Assembly: GCA_964412235.1 (NCBI GenBank) | Contig: CAYPNT010000005.1 | Coordinates: 5,879 to 69,878, forward strand | Source of the DNA: an uncultured Rhodospirillaceae bacterium | GTDB lineage: Bacteria > Pseudomonadota > Alphaproteobacteria > MPNO01 > UBA830 | Direction: 5' to 3' | Length of the DNA: 64,000 nt | In this document: positions 35,910 through 45,569 of the stretch, piece by piece | Position numbering within the stretch: position 1 is the first letter of the stretch | How the letters are laid out: every line of letters starts with the position of its first letter | Translations under genes and position numbers: made by a program | The notes under the pieces: model-generated | What the model was told of the DNA's origin: nothing | The model's input: only the letters and a program-made list of their open reading frames with translations | Databases searched by the model: none

Positions 35910-38279
35910 ATGGCTGATGGCGGTGCTGCAGAAGGACAGGGTATAGGTGCACGTGTTTTGCGGAAGGAAGATGCGCGGCATTTAGCTGGCCGCGGCAAGT
36001 TTACGTCGGATTTCCGAAGACAGGGCCAAAAGGAAATGGCGTTCGTGCGTAGTCCGGTTGCCCACGCTCGAATCAAGTCAATAAAGAAACCTTCCCAATT
36101 TGGGGGCTCTATTTTTACAGCTACTGATATGCCGGACTTAAAACCGATGCGCGCTCCTTCTAAACTGCCCGGTTACAAGCACTCCGACTATCCGGCGCTC
36201 GCTATCGATAAGGTGCGATTCGCTGGTGAACCAATAGCAGTGTGCGTTGCAGATACCCGCGCTGAGGCAGAAGACATTGCCCAGTTGGTTGAAGTGGACT
36301 TTGAATTGTTAACGCCGGTAACGGATATGTTGGTCGCGAAGGGCCCGGATGCCCCGCTCATTCACGAAGAATGGGATAATAATATCGTTTTTGAGACTTT
36401 CTCGGATGATGATTTTAGTAAAATTGAAGATGAAGCGACCGTGGTAATAAAGCGCGAATATCGCATGGCACGACAAGCTATGAACCCGATGGAGGGCAAA
36501 GCCGTTTTTGCTGAATGGGATGATCGAACTGATCAGTTGATGATGTGGACGTCGACGCAGGTGCCGCATCTCATTCGAACGGGGCTCGCGGAATTCCTGA
36601 AGTTAGAGCAACGTCAGGTACGAGTGATAGCTCCCGATGTTGGGGGCGGTTTTGGCTGCAAGGCGTTACTGCAGCCAGAAGAAGTTTTAGCCGGTTGGCT
36701 GACCCGGAAGCTAGCATGCCCCATCCGTTGGATCGAAGACCGTCGTGAACATTTAATAACCGGAGCTAATTGCCGGGAGCACCACTATTTTGTATCACTA
36801 CACGCGACGCCTGAAGGACGGATATTAGGTCTTGATTGTGATGTTACGGTTGATGCGGGCGCATATTCCGTTTATCCGTTCACGAATGCGCTGGAGGGAG
36901 CAATGGCTCACGGTAACCTCCCGGGGCCATACGATATCAAAGCTTATAAATGTCGAACCCAAACAACGGTTACTAATAAGCCGGGCCTTATGCCCTACCG
37001 AGGGGTGGCGCGGCCTGGGGTTTGTTTCGCAATCGAAATGACAATTGACGCATTGGCCAGAGAAATTGGTATTGAAGCGGATGTAATCCGCGCGAAGAAT
37101 ATGGTGTCTGAGGACAAGATGCCTTTTATGTCTATTGCAAAGAAGCATTTTGATAGCGGGAATTACGCGAAGAGCGTGGCGATGGCTGCAGAGCAGATAG
37201 GGCTTACAGAAATCCGCGCGCAACAGGTTGGGCAGGATGGGAACGGACGTCTGATAGGTGTCGGTATGGGCTCTTACGTCGAACAAACCGCGCATGGTAC
37301 ATCCGTGTTTTCCAGTTGGGGAGTGGCGATGGTTCCCGGTTACGAACAGGCGACGGTTCGTTTGACCCCTGATGGTGGGTTAGAACTCCGAATTGGTGTG
37401 CAAAGCCATGGTCAGGGCATGGAAACTTCTATGGCGCAAATGGCTTATGAGGTTTTAGGTATAGACCCTGAAAGGGTTACCGTGACGCACGGTGATACTG
37501 GCCTAACGCCGTATTCTACTGGGACCTATGCATCACGTAGCATGGTGATGGCGGGAGGTGCGACTGCGCGAGCGTGCCGGGTATTGGCTGAACGGATGGA
37601 AATTATTGGAGCACACCTTCTGCAATGCGAGCGTTCAGAAGCTAGTGTTGTCGGTGGGCGTGTGGTTAGTGGAAAGGGTGAAGTGTCATTTGCTGAAATT
37701 GGGCGTGTTTGGTATTTGAATCCTGATGAACTCCCAGCTGATGTCGATCAAGGTGGAGTTGAGGTAACTATGGGATATCGCCCAGAGCCTGACTCTGGCG
37801 CCTTTACCTATGCGAGCCACGCTTGCAAAGTGTCGGTCGACATTGATACCGGGAAGGTCAAGGTTCTGGATTACGCTATCGTTGAAGATTGTGGAACGAT
37901 GGTTAACCCGATGATAGTGGAGGGCCAAACCTATGGTGGGGCGACACAAGGTATTGGGACTGCATTGCTCGAAGAGAGCCCTTATGATGAGCTTGGCAAC
38001 CCAGGGGCATCGACATTTGCAGATTATATGATGCCTAGTGCTACAGACGCTCCACTTTATCGAATTGATCATATGGTAAGTCCTTCGCCGTTTACGGAAT
38101 ACGGTATTAAGGGTATGGGTGAAGGGGGTACCATTCCGACCCCTGCGGCTATAGGTAATGCAATTAACGACGCCCTTAAGGAAATAGGGGCGGAGGTAAA
38201 AGAGACACCATTTACACCGCGCAGAGTGCGTGCCGCAATCGAAGATGCTATGAAGAAAAGTCAGGGAGACAGAATATGA
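35910..38279 (+). CDS. Xanthine dehydrogenase-family molybdopterin-binding large subunit, copy 1
   Basis: ATG lies 3 nt after the yhhQ stop; the listed ORF start 35838 lies inside yhhQ. It has GIGARVLRKEDARHLAGRGKF, APDVGGGFG, PYRGVARPG and KGMGEGG. Confidence 0.8.
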   Translation: MADGGAAEGQGIGARVLRKEDARHLAGRGKFTSDFRRQGQKEMAFVRSPVAHARIKSIKKPSQFGGSIFTATDMPDLKPMRAPSKLPGYKHSDYPALAIDKVRFAGEPIAVCVADTRAEAEDIAQLVEVDFELLTPVTDMLVAKGPDAPLIHEEWDNNIVFETFSDDDFSKIEDEATVVIKREYRMARQAMNPMEGKAVFAEWDDRTDQLMMWTSTQVPHLIRTGLAEFLKLEQRQVRVIAPDVGGGFGCKALLQPEEVLAGWLTRKLACPIRWIEDRREHLITGANCREHHYFVSLHATPEGRILGLDCDVTVDAGAYSVYPFTNALEGAMAHGNLPGPYDIKAYKCRTQTTVTNKPGLMPYRGVARPGVCFAIEMTIDALAREIGIEADVIRAKNMVSEDKMPFMSIAKKHFDSGNYAKSVAMAAEQIGLTEIRAQQVGQDGNGRLIGVGMGSYVEQTAHGTSVFSSWGVAMVPGYEQATVRLTPDGGLELRIGVQSHGQGMETSMAQMAYEVLGIDPERVTVTHGDTGLTPYSTGTYASRSMVMAGGATARACRVLAERMEIIGAHLLQCERSEASVVGGRVVSGKGEVSFAEIGRVWYLNPDELPADVDQGGVEVTMGYRPEPDSGAFTYASHACKVSVDIDTGKVKVLDYAIVEDCGTMVNPMIVEGQTYGGATQGIGTALLEESPYDELGNPGASTFADYMMPSATDAPLYRIDHMVSPSPFTEYGIKGMGEGGTIPTPAAIGNAINDALKEIGAEVKETPFTPRRVRAAIEDAMKKSQGDRI

Positions 38280-39091
38280 AATCTGCAAAATTTGAGCACC
38301 GGCAAACGGAATCCCTGAACGAAGCACTCAGTTTGCTCGGTAGTGCGGATGGTGAAACGCGCGTTTTGGGTGGCGGGCAATCCCTAGGTCCAATGATGAA
38401 CTTGCGTCTTGCACAGCCTGATCAGCTGATTGACCTGAGCTCGGTAGATGGACTTGACGAAATATTGGTTGATGGTGACCACCTTCATATTGGTGCGCGT
38501 GTTACGCATGCTCGTATAGAAGATGGAGGGGTCCCAGGTGTAACTGGTGAATATATGAAATTTGTGGCGGCCGGAATTTCATATCGGTCGGTTCGTAATC
38601 GTGGTACAATTGGAGGTTCCGTGGCCCACGCAGATCCCGCGGCGGATTGGCCTTCGGCACTTCTTGCTCTTGGAGGTGACGTGCTCGTCGCCGGACAAGA
38701 CGGTGAGAGACGAGTGTCGTTAGACGGATTTCAAATTGGGCCCTTTGCTACTGGTTTGGGTTACGATGAAATTCTTATTGGGTTTGTTCTTCCCGTTCTT
38801 GGAAGAAACGCGTCTACGGGATACTACAAGGTGAATAGGAAGCCTGGTGAGTTTGCCGATGCAATCGGGGCGGTGGTTGTAGGTGAAAATGCCCGGGTAA
38901 TTTGCGGGGCGACAAAGTCTGCACCATTTAGAGTGTCGGCTGTAGAGGAGAAGCTTTCATCTGGAGGGACGGAATTATCGGTAGGGGAGGCGCGCGAAAT
39001 GATAACTGCACATGATCCCGGGTTTGATGATTATGAATTGCAGATTCACGGTGTAGCGCTAAGTCGAGCCGTGGGGAGGGCCTTCGCATGA
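38276..39091 (+). CDS. Molybdenum hydroxylase FAD-binding medium subunit (CoxM-like)
   Basis: It has ATGA overlaps on both sides. It has VLGGGQSLGPMMNLR and TIGGSVAHADPAAD. Confidence 0.8.
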   Translation: MKSAKFEHRQTESLNEALSLLGSADGETRVLGGGQSLGPMMNLRLAQPDQLIDLSSVDGLDEILVDGDHLHIGARVTHARIEDGGVPGVTGEYMKFVAAGISYRSVRNRGTIGGSVAHADPAADWPSALLALGGDVLVAGQDGERRVSLDGFQIGPFATGLGYDEILIGFVLPVLGRNASTGYYKVNRKPGEFADAIGAVVVGENARVICGATKSAPFRVSAVEEKLSSGGTELSVGEAREMITAHDPGFDDYELQIHGVALSRAVGRAFA

Positions 39092-39555
39092 GTAAACTGT
39101 CTGTAAAGATCAATGGGGAAGACGTAAGCGCGGAGGTGGAGCCCCGCCTTTCGCTTGCAGATTTTATACGCGATCATCGCCGATTAACGGGCACACACTT
39201 GGGCTGTGAACACGGGGTTTGTGGAGCCTGCACCATCTTGATGAACGGGGAACCAATCCGCTCGTGCATAACATTCGCCGTTATCGCCAACGGAACTGAA
39301 ATAACAACCATCGAAGGTTTTGATGACGACGAGCCAATGGAACAGCTTAGGAAAGCTTTTCACGAACACCACGCACTGCAGTGCGGGTATTGCACACCCG
39401 GCATGCTGGTTGCCGCCCGGGATATCGTCATGCGTTTGCCAGAGGCGGATGAGGAACGAGTGCGACTGGAACTGGCTGGAAATCTTTGCCGATGCACCGG
39501 TTATGTTGGAATTGTCAATGCGATTCTAGCGGTCTTAAATAACCGGCTAGCTTAA
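39088..39555 (+). CDS. Molybdenum hydroxylase [2Fe-2S] small subunit (CoxS-like)
   Basis: The cluster motifs are GCEHGVCGACT and QCGYCTPGM ... CRCTGY. Confidence 0.85.
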   Translation: MSKLSVKINGEDVSAEVEPRLSLADFIRDHRRLTGTHLGCEHGVCGACTILMNGEPIRSCITFAVIANGTEITTIEGFDDDEPMEQLRKAFHEHHALQCGYCTPGMLVAARDIVMRLPEADEERVRLELAGNLCRCTGYVGIVNAILAVLNNRLA

Positions 39556-39573
39556 ACAATCAACTCACAGGTA

Positions 39574-41925
39574 ATGTCCGAGGAATCACCTAAGTCTGGA
39601 ATTGGCGCGCGTGTCTTACGGAAGGAAGACGCGCGATTTCTTCATGGCCACGGTCGTTATGTCGCCGACATAAGCCGTCCAAGAATGTTGGAAGCGGCGG
39701 TTCTGCGAAGTCCCATTGCTCACGCTTCTAACCTAAATATCCAAAAACCAGTAGGCCATGAGGGACAAGTGTTTACAGCGCAAGACCTGGCCGCCGGAGG
39801 TGTTCGCCCGATCCATGTTGTTTCTAAATATCCGGGACATCGAGCATCGGATTATCCACACTTAGCGGACGAAAAAATACGATTTGTAGGCGAAGCAGTC
39901 GCGGTATGTCTGGCGGATACGCGGGCTGAAGCGGAGGACCTTGTGGCCCAGACCACTTTAGAATTTGAACCTTTGTCGCCGGTTGTCGATATGCTGTCTG
40001 CGAGTGATTGTGAAGCTGAGCGGGTTCATGAAAACTGGGATGACAACATAATCCTTGAAACGAAAATTTCCGAAAATGCAGAGGCGATGATTGAGGCTGA
40101 TATTTCGGTTAAGCGAACATTTCGGATGAACCGACAGGCTGTCAATCCGCTAGAAGGGGCTGCGGTTATGGCCGAATGGGACGCACGCGAGGATAGGCTT
40201 ATTGTCTACAGTGCATCTCAAATTCCTCATATTTTGAGGAATGCCCTCTGTGAATGTCTCGGTTTAGCTCAGCATAAGGTTCGCGTTATCGCACCCGATG
40301 TTGGGGGTGGTTTTGGATACAAGTGCGTGCTGGTTCCTGAGGAAATATTTATTCCATGGGTAGCGATGCAGGTTAAGCGACCCGTTCGCTGGATACAGGA
40401 TCGGCGTGAACACCTAGTAGCTGCAGCAAATGCTCGAGAACATCATTACGAGGTAACGCTTCATTCCGATTTAGAAGGAAATTTTATAGGAGTGGAAGCC
40501 GATATAACCGTCGATTCCGGCGCCTACTCTGTTTATCCCCATTCCAATATCTTGGAATCAACTATGGCAGGCCGTACATTGCACGGTCCGTATATGTTTG
40601 CTTCCTACAAGGTGCGGGCACGAGCCGTAGCCACAAATAAGCCGCCGATAGTACCCTACCGGGGCGTTGCTCGTCCTGGCATCTGTTTTGCCATGGAGTT
40701 AGCTGTGGATGCTTTAGCCCGGAAACTCTATCGTGAACCAAGTGAGTTAAGAGCACAAAACCTCGTACCCTCCGAGAAAATGCCATATAAAACCATCACA
40801 GGTGGGGAGTTTGATAGCGGGGATTACCGCGAAGCCCTACATCGAGCTGTTTCGTTGATTGATCTTCAGGCACAGCGTACGCGACAACGCGTGGGCGAAT
40901 CCGACGGTCGCCTAATTGGCGTTGGCTTTGGTAGTTATATAGAAATGACAGCATTGCAAACCTCTGCCGCAGCGGGGGCAGGATTGGCGGCAATACCAGG
41001 TTATGAACAATCCCACCTTCGATTAATGCCTGATGGCTCGCTTGAGATCGGCGTTGGTATTCAAAACCACGGACAGGGCATGGAGACCACTCTCGCCCAA
41101 GTTGCCTGTGAAAAATTTGGTCTACAAATCGAAAATGTCGTGGTGCGGCATGGAGATACGGCTACTTCGCCATACTCCACCGGAACATATGCGTCGCGGT
41201 CGATGGTAATGGCAGGGGGCGCGATCGCCCGAACTTGCGATGTTCTTGGCGCCCGGATCAAGCGGATTGGCGCACATTTATTGCAATGTGATCTGACCGA
41301 TACCACTATCAACAACGCGAGCGTTGTTGGTCCAACTGGGGATGTAACAATAGCTGAGATAGCGCGTGTCTGGCATCGAAACCCTGAGGAGTTACCCGAG
41401 GACGTCGATCCGGCGGGGGTAGAGGTTACGTCTGGTTTTCGGCCGTCACCAGACAATAGTCCGTTTTCTTATGCCACTCACGCGGCGGTTGTGGCGGTGG
41501 ACCCGGAGTTGGGTGAGGTCGAAATTCTTGATTATGTAATCTCGGAAGATTGTGGGACCATTGTAAATCCGATGATTGTTGACGGGCAGATTATAGGTGG
41601 AGCACTACAGGGTGTTGGGACTGCACTTTGTGAGGAAGCCCAATATGATGCTGAGGGACAGCCGCTTTCCTCGACTTTTGCTGACTACATAATGCCCGGA
41701 TCAACAGATCTGCCGAAAATCCGCCTTGATCATCTCGTAACGCCGTCTCCTTTAACGGAGTTCGGTGTTAAAGGTCTCGGTGAGGGGGGAGCAATTCCCC
41801 CACCTGCTGCTATCGCAAATGCTATCAACGATGCTATTAAAGTTTACGGTGTTGAGGTGGACGAAACCCCCATTACACCGCGTCGGCTCCGCAAAAAACT
41901 ATCTTCTTCCAACCCGCCGCGATAA
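39574..41925 (+). CDS. Xanthine dehydrogenase-family molybdopterin-binding large subunit, copy 2
   Basis: It is colinear with copy 1, with more than half the residues identical by eye. It has GIGARVLRKEDARFLHGHGRY, APDVGGGFG, PYRGVARPG and KGLGEGG. It begins 18 nt after the small-subunit gene. Confidence 0.8.
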   Translation: MSEESPKSGIGARVLRKEDARFLHGHGRYVADISRPRMLEAAVLRSPIAHASNLNIQKPVGHEGQVFTAQDLAAGGVRPIHVVSKYPGHRASDYPHLADEKIRFVGEAVAVCLADTRAEAEDLVAQTTLEFEPLSPVVDMLSASDCEAERVHENWDDNIILETKISENAEAMIEADISVKRTFRMNRQAVNPLEGAAVMAEWDAREDRLIVYSASQIPHILRNALCECLGLAQHKVRVIAPDVGGGFGYKCVLVPEEIFIPWVAMQVKRPVRWIQDRREHLVAAANAREHHYEVTLHSDLEGNFIGVEADITVDSGAYSVYPHSNILESTMAGRTLHGPYMFASYKVRARAVATNKPPIVPYRGVARPGICFAMELAVDALARKLYREPSELRAQNLVPSEKMPYKTITGGEFDSGDYREALHRAVSLIDLQAQRTRQRVGESDGRLIGVGFGSYIEMTALQTSAAAGAGLAAIPGYEQSHLRLMPDGSLEIGVGIQNHGQGMETTLAQVACEKFGLQIENVVVRHGDTATSPYSTGTYASRSMVMAGGAIARTCDVLGARIKRIGAHLLQCDLTDTTINNASVVGPTGDVTIAEIARVWHRNPEELPEDVDPAGVEVTSGFRPSPDNSPFSYATHAAVVAVDPELGEVEILDYVISEDCGTIVNPMIVDGQIIGGALQGVGTALCEEAQYDAEGQPLSSTFADYIMPGSTDLPKIRLDHLVTPSPLTEFGVKGLGEGGAIPPPAAIANAINDAIKVYGVEVDETPITPRRLRKKLSSSNPPR

Positions 41926-42083
41926 GTTGTCTATCGCAAACGGGCTTGACAAAATAAGATAGGACGAAAAACTCTCTAGTCCACATAGTTTGTCCAGCCC
42001 CGGTTGGGGTTGCGAAAAAAGTGGGAATTGTCACATGATGACTAAGTTATTTTGATTATTTTGTTCTCTGGGAAGAGATAATA

Positions 42084-43430
42084 ATGAGCGGAACACGGAA
42101 AATTAAATTAAATGCATTTATGCGGCCCACTACTATTCACACAGGGAGTTGGCGGTGGCCTGGGGCATTTGCGGATGCAAATTTTAACTTCGAACACATA
42201 AAACTATTTGCTCAACGGCTTGAGCAAGCAAAGTTTGACAGCTTTTTTATGGCCGATCACTTGGCCGTACTCAACATGCCGCCTGAAGCACTTCGGCGAT
42301 CCACGACACCGACGTCCTTTGAACCGTTTACTCTTCTATCAGCGCTCGCTATGTGTACTGCCCGACTCGGTCTTATGGCAACGGGATCGACGACCTATGA
42401 TGAGCCTTTTCACATTGCACGTCGATTTGCATCGCTTGATCATATTAGCGGGGGTCGAGCAGGATGGAACATCGTCACGACCTCTAATCCAGACGCTTCT
42501 AAAAACTTTGGTAAGGAAGTGCATCTTGAACATGCTCAACGTTACAAGCGGGCACGAGAGTTTTACGACGTCGTTACTGGGCTTTGGGACAGTTGGGCTG
42601 AAGATGCATTTATTAGGGACCAAGAAGCTGGTGTCTTCATGGATCCTGAAAAAATGCATGTACTTGATCACCAAGGGGAATATTTTAGCGTCCGCGGTCC
42701 TTTGAATATTGCCCGACCGGTCCAAGGTTGGCCGGTGATTGTGCAAGCGGGAGGATCGGATGCGGGCCGACAGCTTGCTGCAGAGACTGCGGAAGCAGTT
42801 TTTGCCGCCCAGAGCAACCTAGAAGCAGGAAAAGCATTTTATAAAGATGTTAAGGCTCGTATGCGAACCGTTGGGCGTGATCCGGACCACTTAAAAATTA
42901 TGCCGGGTTGCTTGGTGATTGTCGGTGATACGGTGAAAGAAGCTAGGGAAAAGCGAGCAAAGCTAGACAGCCTTGTACACGAAGAAAGTGCGATTGCTTC
43001 TCTCTCCATTACTTTAGGTGTTGATGCTTCAAAGTTCGACCCGGATGGCTTCCTTCCCGATAATTTACCAGAAAGTAATGCTACAAAGTCGGGTCGAGAT
43101 CGCGCTGTCTTGTTAGCGGAGAAAGAGGGCCTTACCATTCGGCAATTGGCCCAAAGACTTGGTGGTTATTCTGGTTTAGCAATGGTAGGGACCCCTATAA
43201 CGATTGCTGATGAGATGGAAGAATGGCTTGAAACCCAGGGAAGCGACGGATTTACCATAATGTTTCCGTTTCTACCCGACGGGCTGAATGATATGGTTGA
43301 TCGGGTCATACCAGAAGTACAGAGGCGCGGTTTGTATCGAACGGAATATGAGGGCACGACTTTACGGGAAAACCTGGGTTTACCACGACCTGCGAACCAG
43401 TACTTTTCTCAAAGTGAAGCTGCTGAGTAG
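42084..43430 (+). CDS. NtaA/SnaA/DszA-family LLM flavin-dependent monooxygenase
   Basis: 448 aa. KLNAFM, the HxGSWR block, FFMADHLA, GRAGWNIVT and IVQAGGSDAG are typical of this family. Confidence 0.75.
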   Translation: MSGTRKIKLNAFMRPTTIHTGSWRWPGAFADANFNFEHIKLFAQRLEQAKFDSFFMADHLAVLNMPPEALRRSTTPTSFEPFTLLSALAMCTARLGLMATGSTTYDEPFHIARRFASLDHISGGRAGWNIVTTSNPDASKNFGKEVHLEHAQRYKRAREFYDVVTGLWDSWAEDAFIRDQEAGVFMDPEKMHVLDHQGEYFSVRGPLNIARPVQGWPVIVQAGGSDAGRQLAAETAEAVFAAQSNLEAGKAFYKDVKARMRTVGRDPDHLKIMPGCLVIVGDTVKEAREKRAKLDSLVHEESAIASLSITLGVDASKFDPDGFLPDNLPESNATKSGRDRAVLLAEKEGLTIRQLAQRLGGYSGLAMVGTPITIADEMEEWLETQGSDGFTIMFPFLPDGLNDMVDRVIPEVQRRGLYRTEYEGTTLRENLGLPRPANQYFSQSEAAE

Positions 43431-43703
43431 AAGTGAAAACCATCTGTTCTTTGCAAACCCAAAATTTGTAGTTGTCTAAATGCCTAGGTTAGGGTCTGAG
43501 GTGGTCGCCTCCCAAATTTATCGACAGTGTAAAACCACTAACCGCATTAATTGATAGCCACAGATCTGCGCGAGCAATATTGGTATTCTTTTAGTGGTCC
43601 TTTTCGGTTTAAGCTATTATGTTTCCACCACATCCTTTTCGATGGTTAGGTTTTTACCAGGAAGGGGGAATAAAAATCGAAATTTTTTGTTGGAGAACAC
43701 GCC

Positions 43704-44849
43704 GTGACTGCTCTGCTGTCCGATATTGATCCAGATGGTCTTCTGGAATACTCCGTAGTATTTAGTGACCGTTCGCTAAACCATATGTCAGCGTCTTTTC
43801 AAGATGTGATGAAGGACGTCTCAAAAACTTTGAAACACGTTTATAATGCGGCGTCGGTTGCCTTAGTCCCGGGTGGGGGTACTTATGGAATGGAAGCTGT
43901 TGCCCGGCAATATGCAACGGACAAAAGTTGTCTCGTACTCCGCAATGGTTGGTTTAGTTATCGCTGGTCCCAGATTTTTGAAGCGGGCGGCATTCCCGCT
44001 AATGAAATTGTGTTGAAGGCGCGACCGGTACAAGGAGGTACGCAGCCAGCTTATGAACCCGCCCCTATTACCGAGGTTATCAGCACAATTGCTGACGAAA
44101 AACCGGACCTTGTGTTTGCGCCCCACGTCGAGACCGCGTCCGGAATAATGTTATCAGACGATTATTTGCGCGCGGCATCAAAAGCTGTACACGATGTTGG
44201 TGGGCTTTTCGTATTAGATTGTGTCGCCTCGGGTGCCGTCTGGGTTGATATGCAAGATGTGGGGGTGGATATTTTGATTAGTGCGCCCCAGAAGGGATGG
44301 AGTGCGTCACCCTGTGGGGCGCTCGTTATGTTCAGTGAGCTTGGAAGACACAAAATAGAGGAAACCAATAGTTCGAGTTTTGCTGCCGATCTTAAGAAAT
44401 GGCTTCAGATCATGGAAACTTACGAAGCTGGAGGCCATGCTTACCACGCAACGATGCCGACAGATGCAATAACAAAGTTTCATGCAGCAATGAAGGAGAC
44501 CGAGAGTTACGGCTTTGCGAAAATGATGAGTCAGCAAAAGCTGTTGGGGCAGCGTGTAAGAGAATTGTTGGGTGAAAAGGGGTTTAAGAGCCTCGCCGCT
44601 GAAGGCTATGGCGCACCCGGGGTGGTGGTGTCCTATACTGATGACCCTGATATCCAAAATGGCAGTAAGTTTTCTGCTGTTGGATTACAAACAGCTGCAG
44701 GGGTGCCGCTAATGTGTGATGAGGGAGATGACTTTCGTACGTTCCGGGTTGGCTTATTTGGGCTCGATAAATTACAGAACATCGACCGGACGGTAGATAT
44801 ATTGGAAGAAGCATTAGATAATGTCATTGGGGTTGCGAACACCCGGTAG
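43704..44849 (+). CDS. Class V (AGXT/PhnW-like) pyridoxal-phosphate aminotransferase
   Basis: GTG start 8 nt after GGAG. SAPQKGWS is a candidate PLP-lysine block. It has an FVLDCVAS aspartate block. Confidence 0.7.
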   Translation: MTALLSDIDPDGLLEYSVVFSDRSLNHMSASFQDVMKDVSKTLKHVYNAASVALVPGGGTYGMEAVARQYATDKSCLVLRNGWFSYRWSQIFEAGGIPANEIVLKARPVQGGTQPAYEPAPITEVISTIADEKPDLVFAPHVETASGIMLSDDYLRAASKAVHDVGGLFVLDCVASGAVWVDMQDVGVDILISAPQKGWSASPCGALVMFSELGRHKIEETNSSSFAADLKKWLQIMETYEAGGHAYHATMPTDAITKFHAAMKETESYGFAKMMSQQKLLGQRVRELLGEKGFKSLAAEGYGAPGVVVSYTDDPDIQNGSKFSAVGLQTAAGVPLMCDEGDDFRTFRVGLFGLDKLQNIDRTVDILEEALDNVIGVANTR

Positions 44850-44867
44850 CTATTTTGACAAATTCGA

Positions 44868-45569
44868 GTGGGAATGATTAAGGAACTCAATGCCCGTTTA
44901 GATAAAACGGGCCTCTTTGTGCGCGGCGGATTTTATCCTTCTACGGAAGATGAGGTGCCGAGACTACCGGGTGGTCAGAAGACGGAGACAGTAATTCTAA
45001 TTGGAAACGCCGGAGTGGATTTGTGGCGTTGTTTTCAGGAGCAGGCTGTTTTGTCACGTAAACAACCGCTCGATAGCTGGCTAAGGTCTGTGATAGAAGG
45101 TCTGTCCGAATGTGTGGGCGCTCACATGTTGCTGCCTAACGAAGGTCCCCCATTCATACCCATACAAGAGTGGGCTATGAGAGCTGAGCGCGTATATCGT
45201 TCGCCGATAGGCATTCTCATACATCCAGAATATGGTCTTTGGCATGTTTACCGCGCCGCTTTACTTTTCAGTACTAGGCTGGCCTTGCCCACAAGGTCTA
45301 ATAACACTAGTCCTTGTGCGACATGCATGACGCGCCCTTGTCTCTCAGTGTGTCCTGCTGACGCCTTTTCGCCAGATCGCTTTGATGCGCTTTCGTGCGT
45401 GTCACATGTGGAAAGCAACGCCGGAGAAAATTGTCTGAATAATGGCTGTTTAGCGCGCCGTGCGTGCCCTGTCGGAAAAGAGTATCGTTATGAGCCTGAT
45501 CAACAAGCGTTTCATACACATGCAATGGTTCGGGCTGTGAAAAGTGGTTTTGGGGGGATTAATGCCTAG
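44868..45569 (+). CDS. Short QueG/reductive-dehalogenase-superfamily Fe-S protein (annotated ferredoxin type)
   Basis: SPIGILIHPEYGLWHVYRAALLF parallels QueG GKHTNLVSPTFGSWLFLGEIF. It is followed by CATCMTRPCLSVCP and further Cys residues (CLNNGCLARRACP). GTG 44868 or ATG 44874 is the start. Confidence 0.5.
   Translation: MGMIKELNARLDKTGLFVRGGFYPSTEDEVPRLPGGQKTETVILIGNAGVDLWRCFQEQAVLSRKQPLDSWLRSVIEGLSECVGAHMLLPNEGPPFIPIQEWAMRAERVYRSPIGILIHPEYGLWHVYRAALLFSTRLALPTRSNNTSPCATCMTRPCLSVCPADAFSPDRFDALSCVSHVESNAGENCLNNGCLARRACPVGKEYRYEPDQQAFHTHAMVRAVKSGFGGINA

Noticed and set aside
35910-41925. Calling the Mo-hydroxylase operon a carbon monoxide dehydrogenase (cox).
   Set aside because: From memory, form I CODH large subunits carry a VAYRCSFR active-site loop and form II carry AYRGAGR. 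Both copies here read PYRGVARPG, and no coxDEFG-type accessory genes are present, so only the family-level call is justified.
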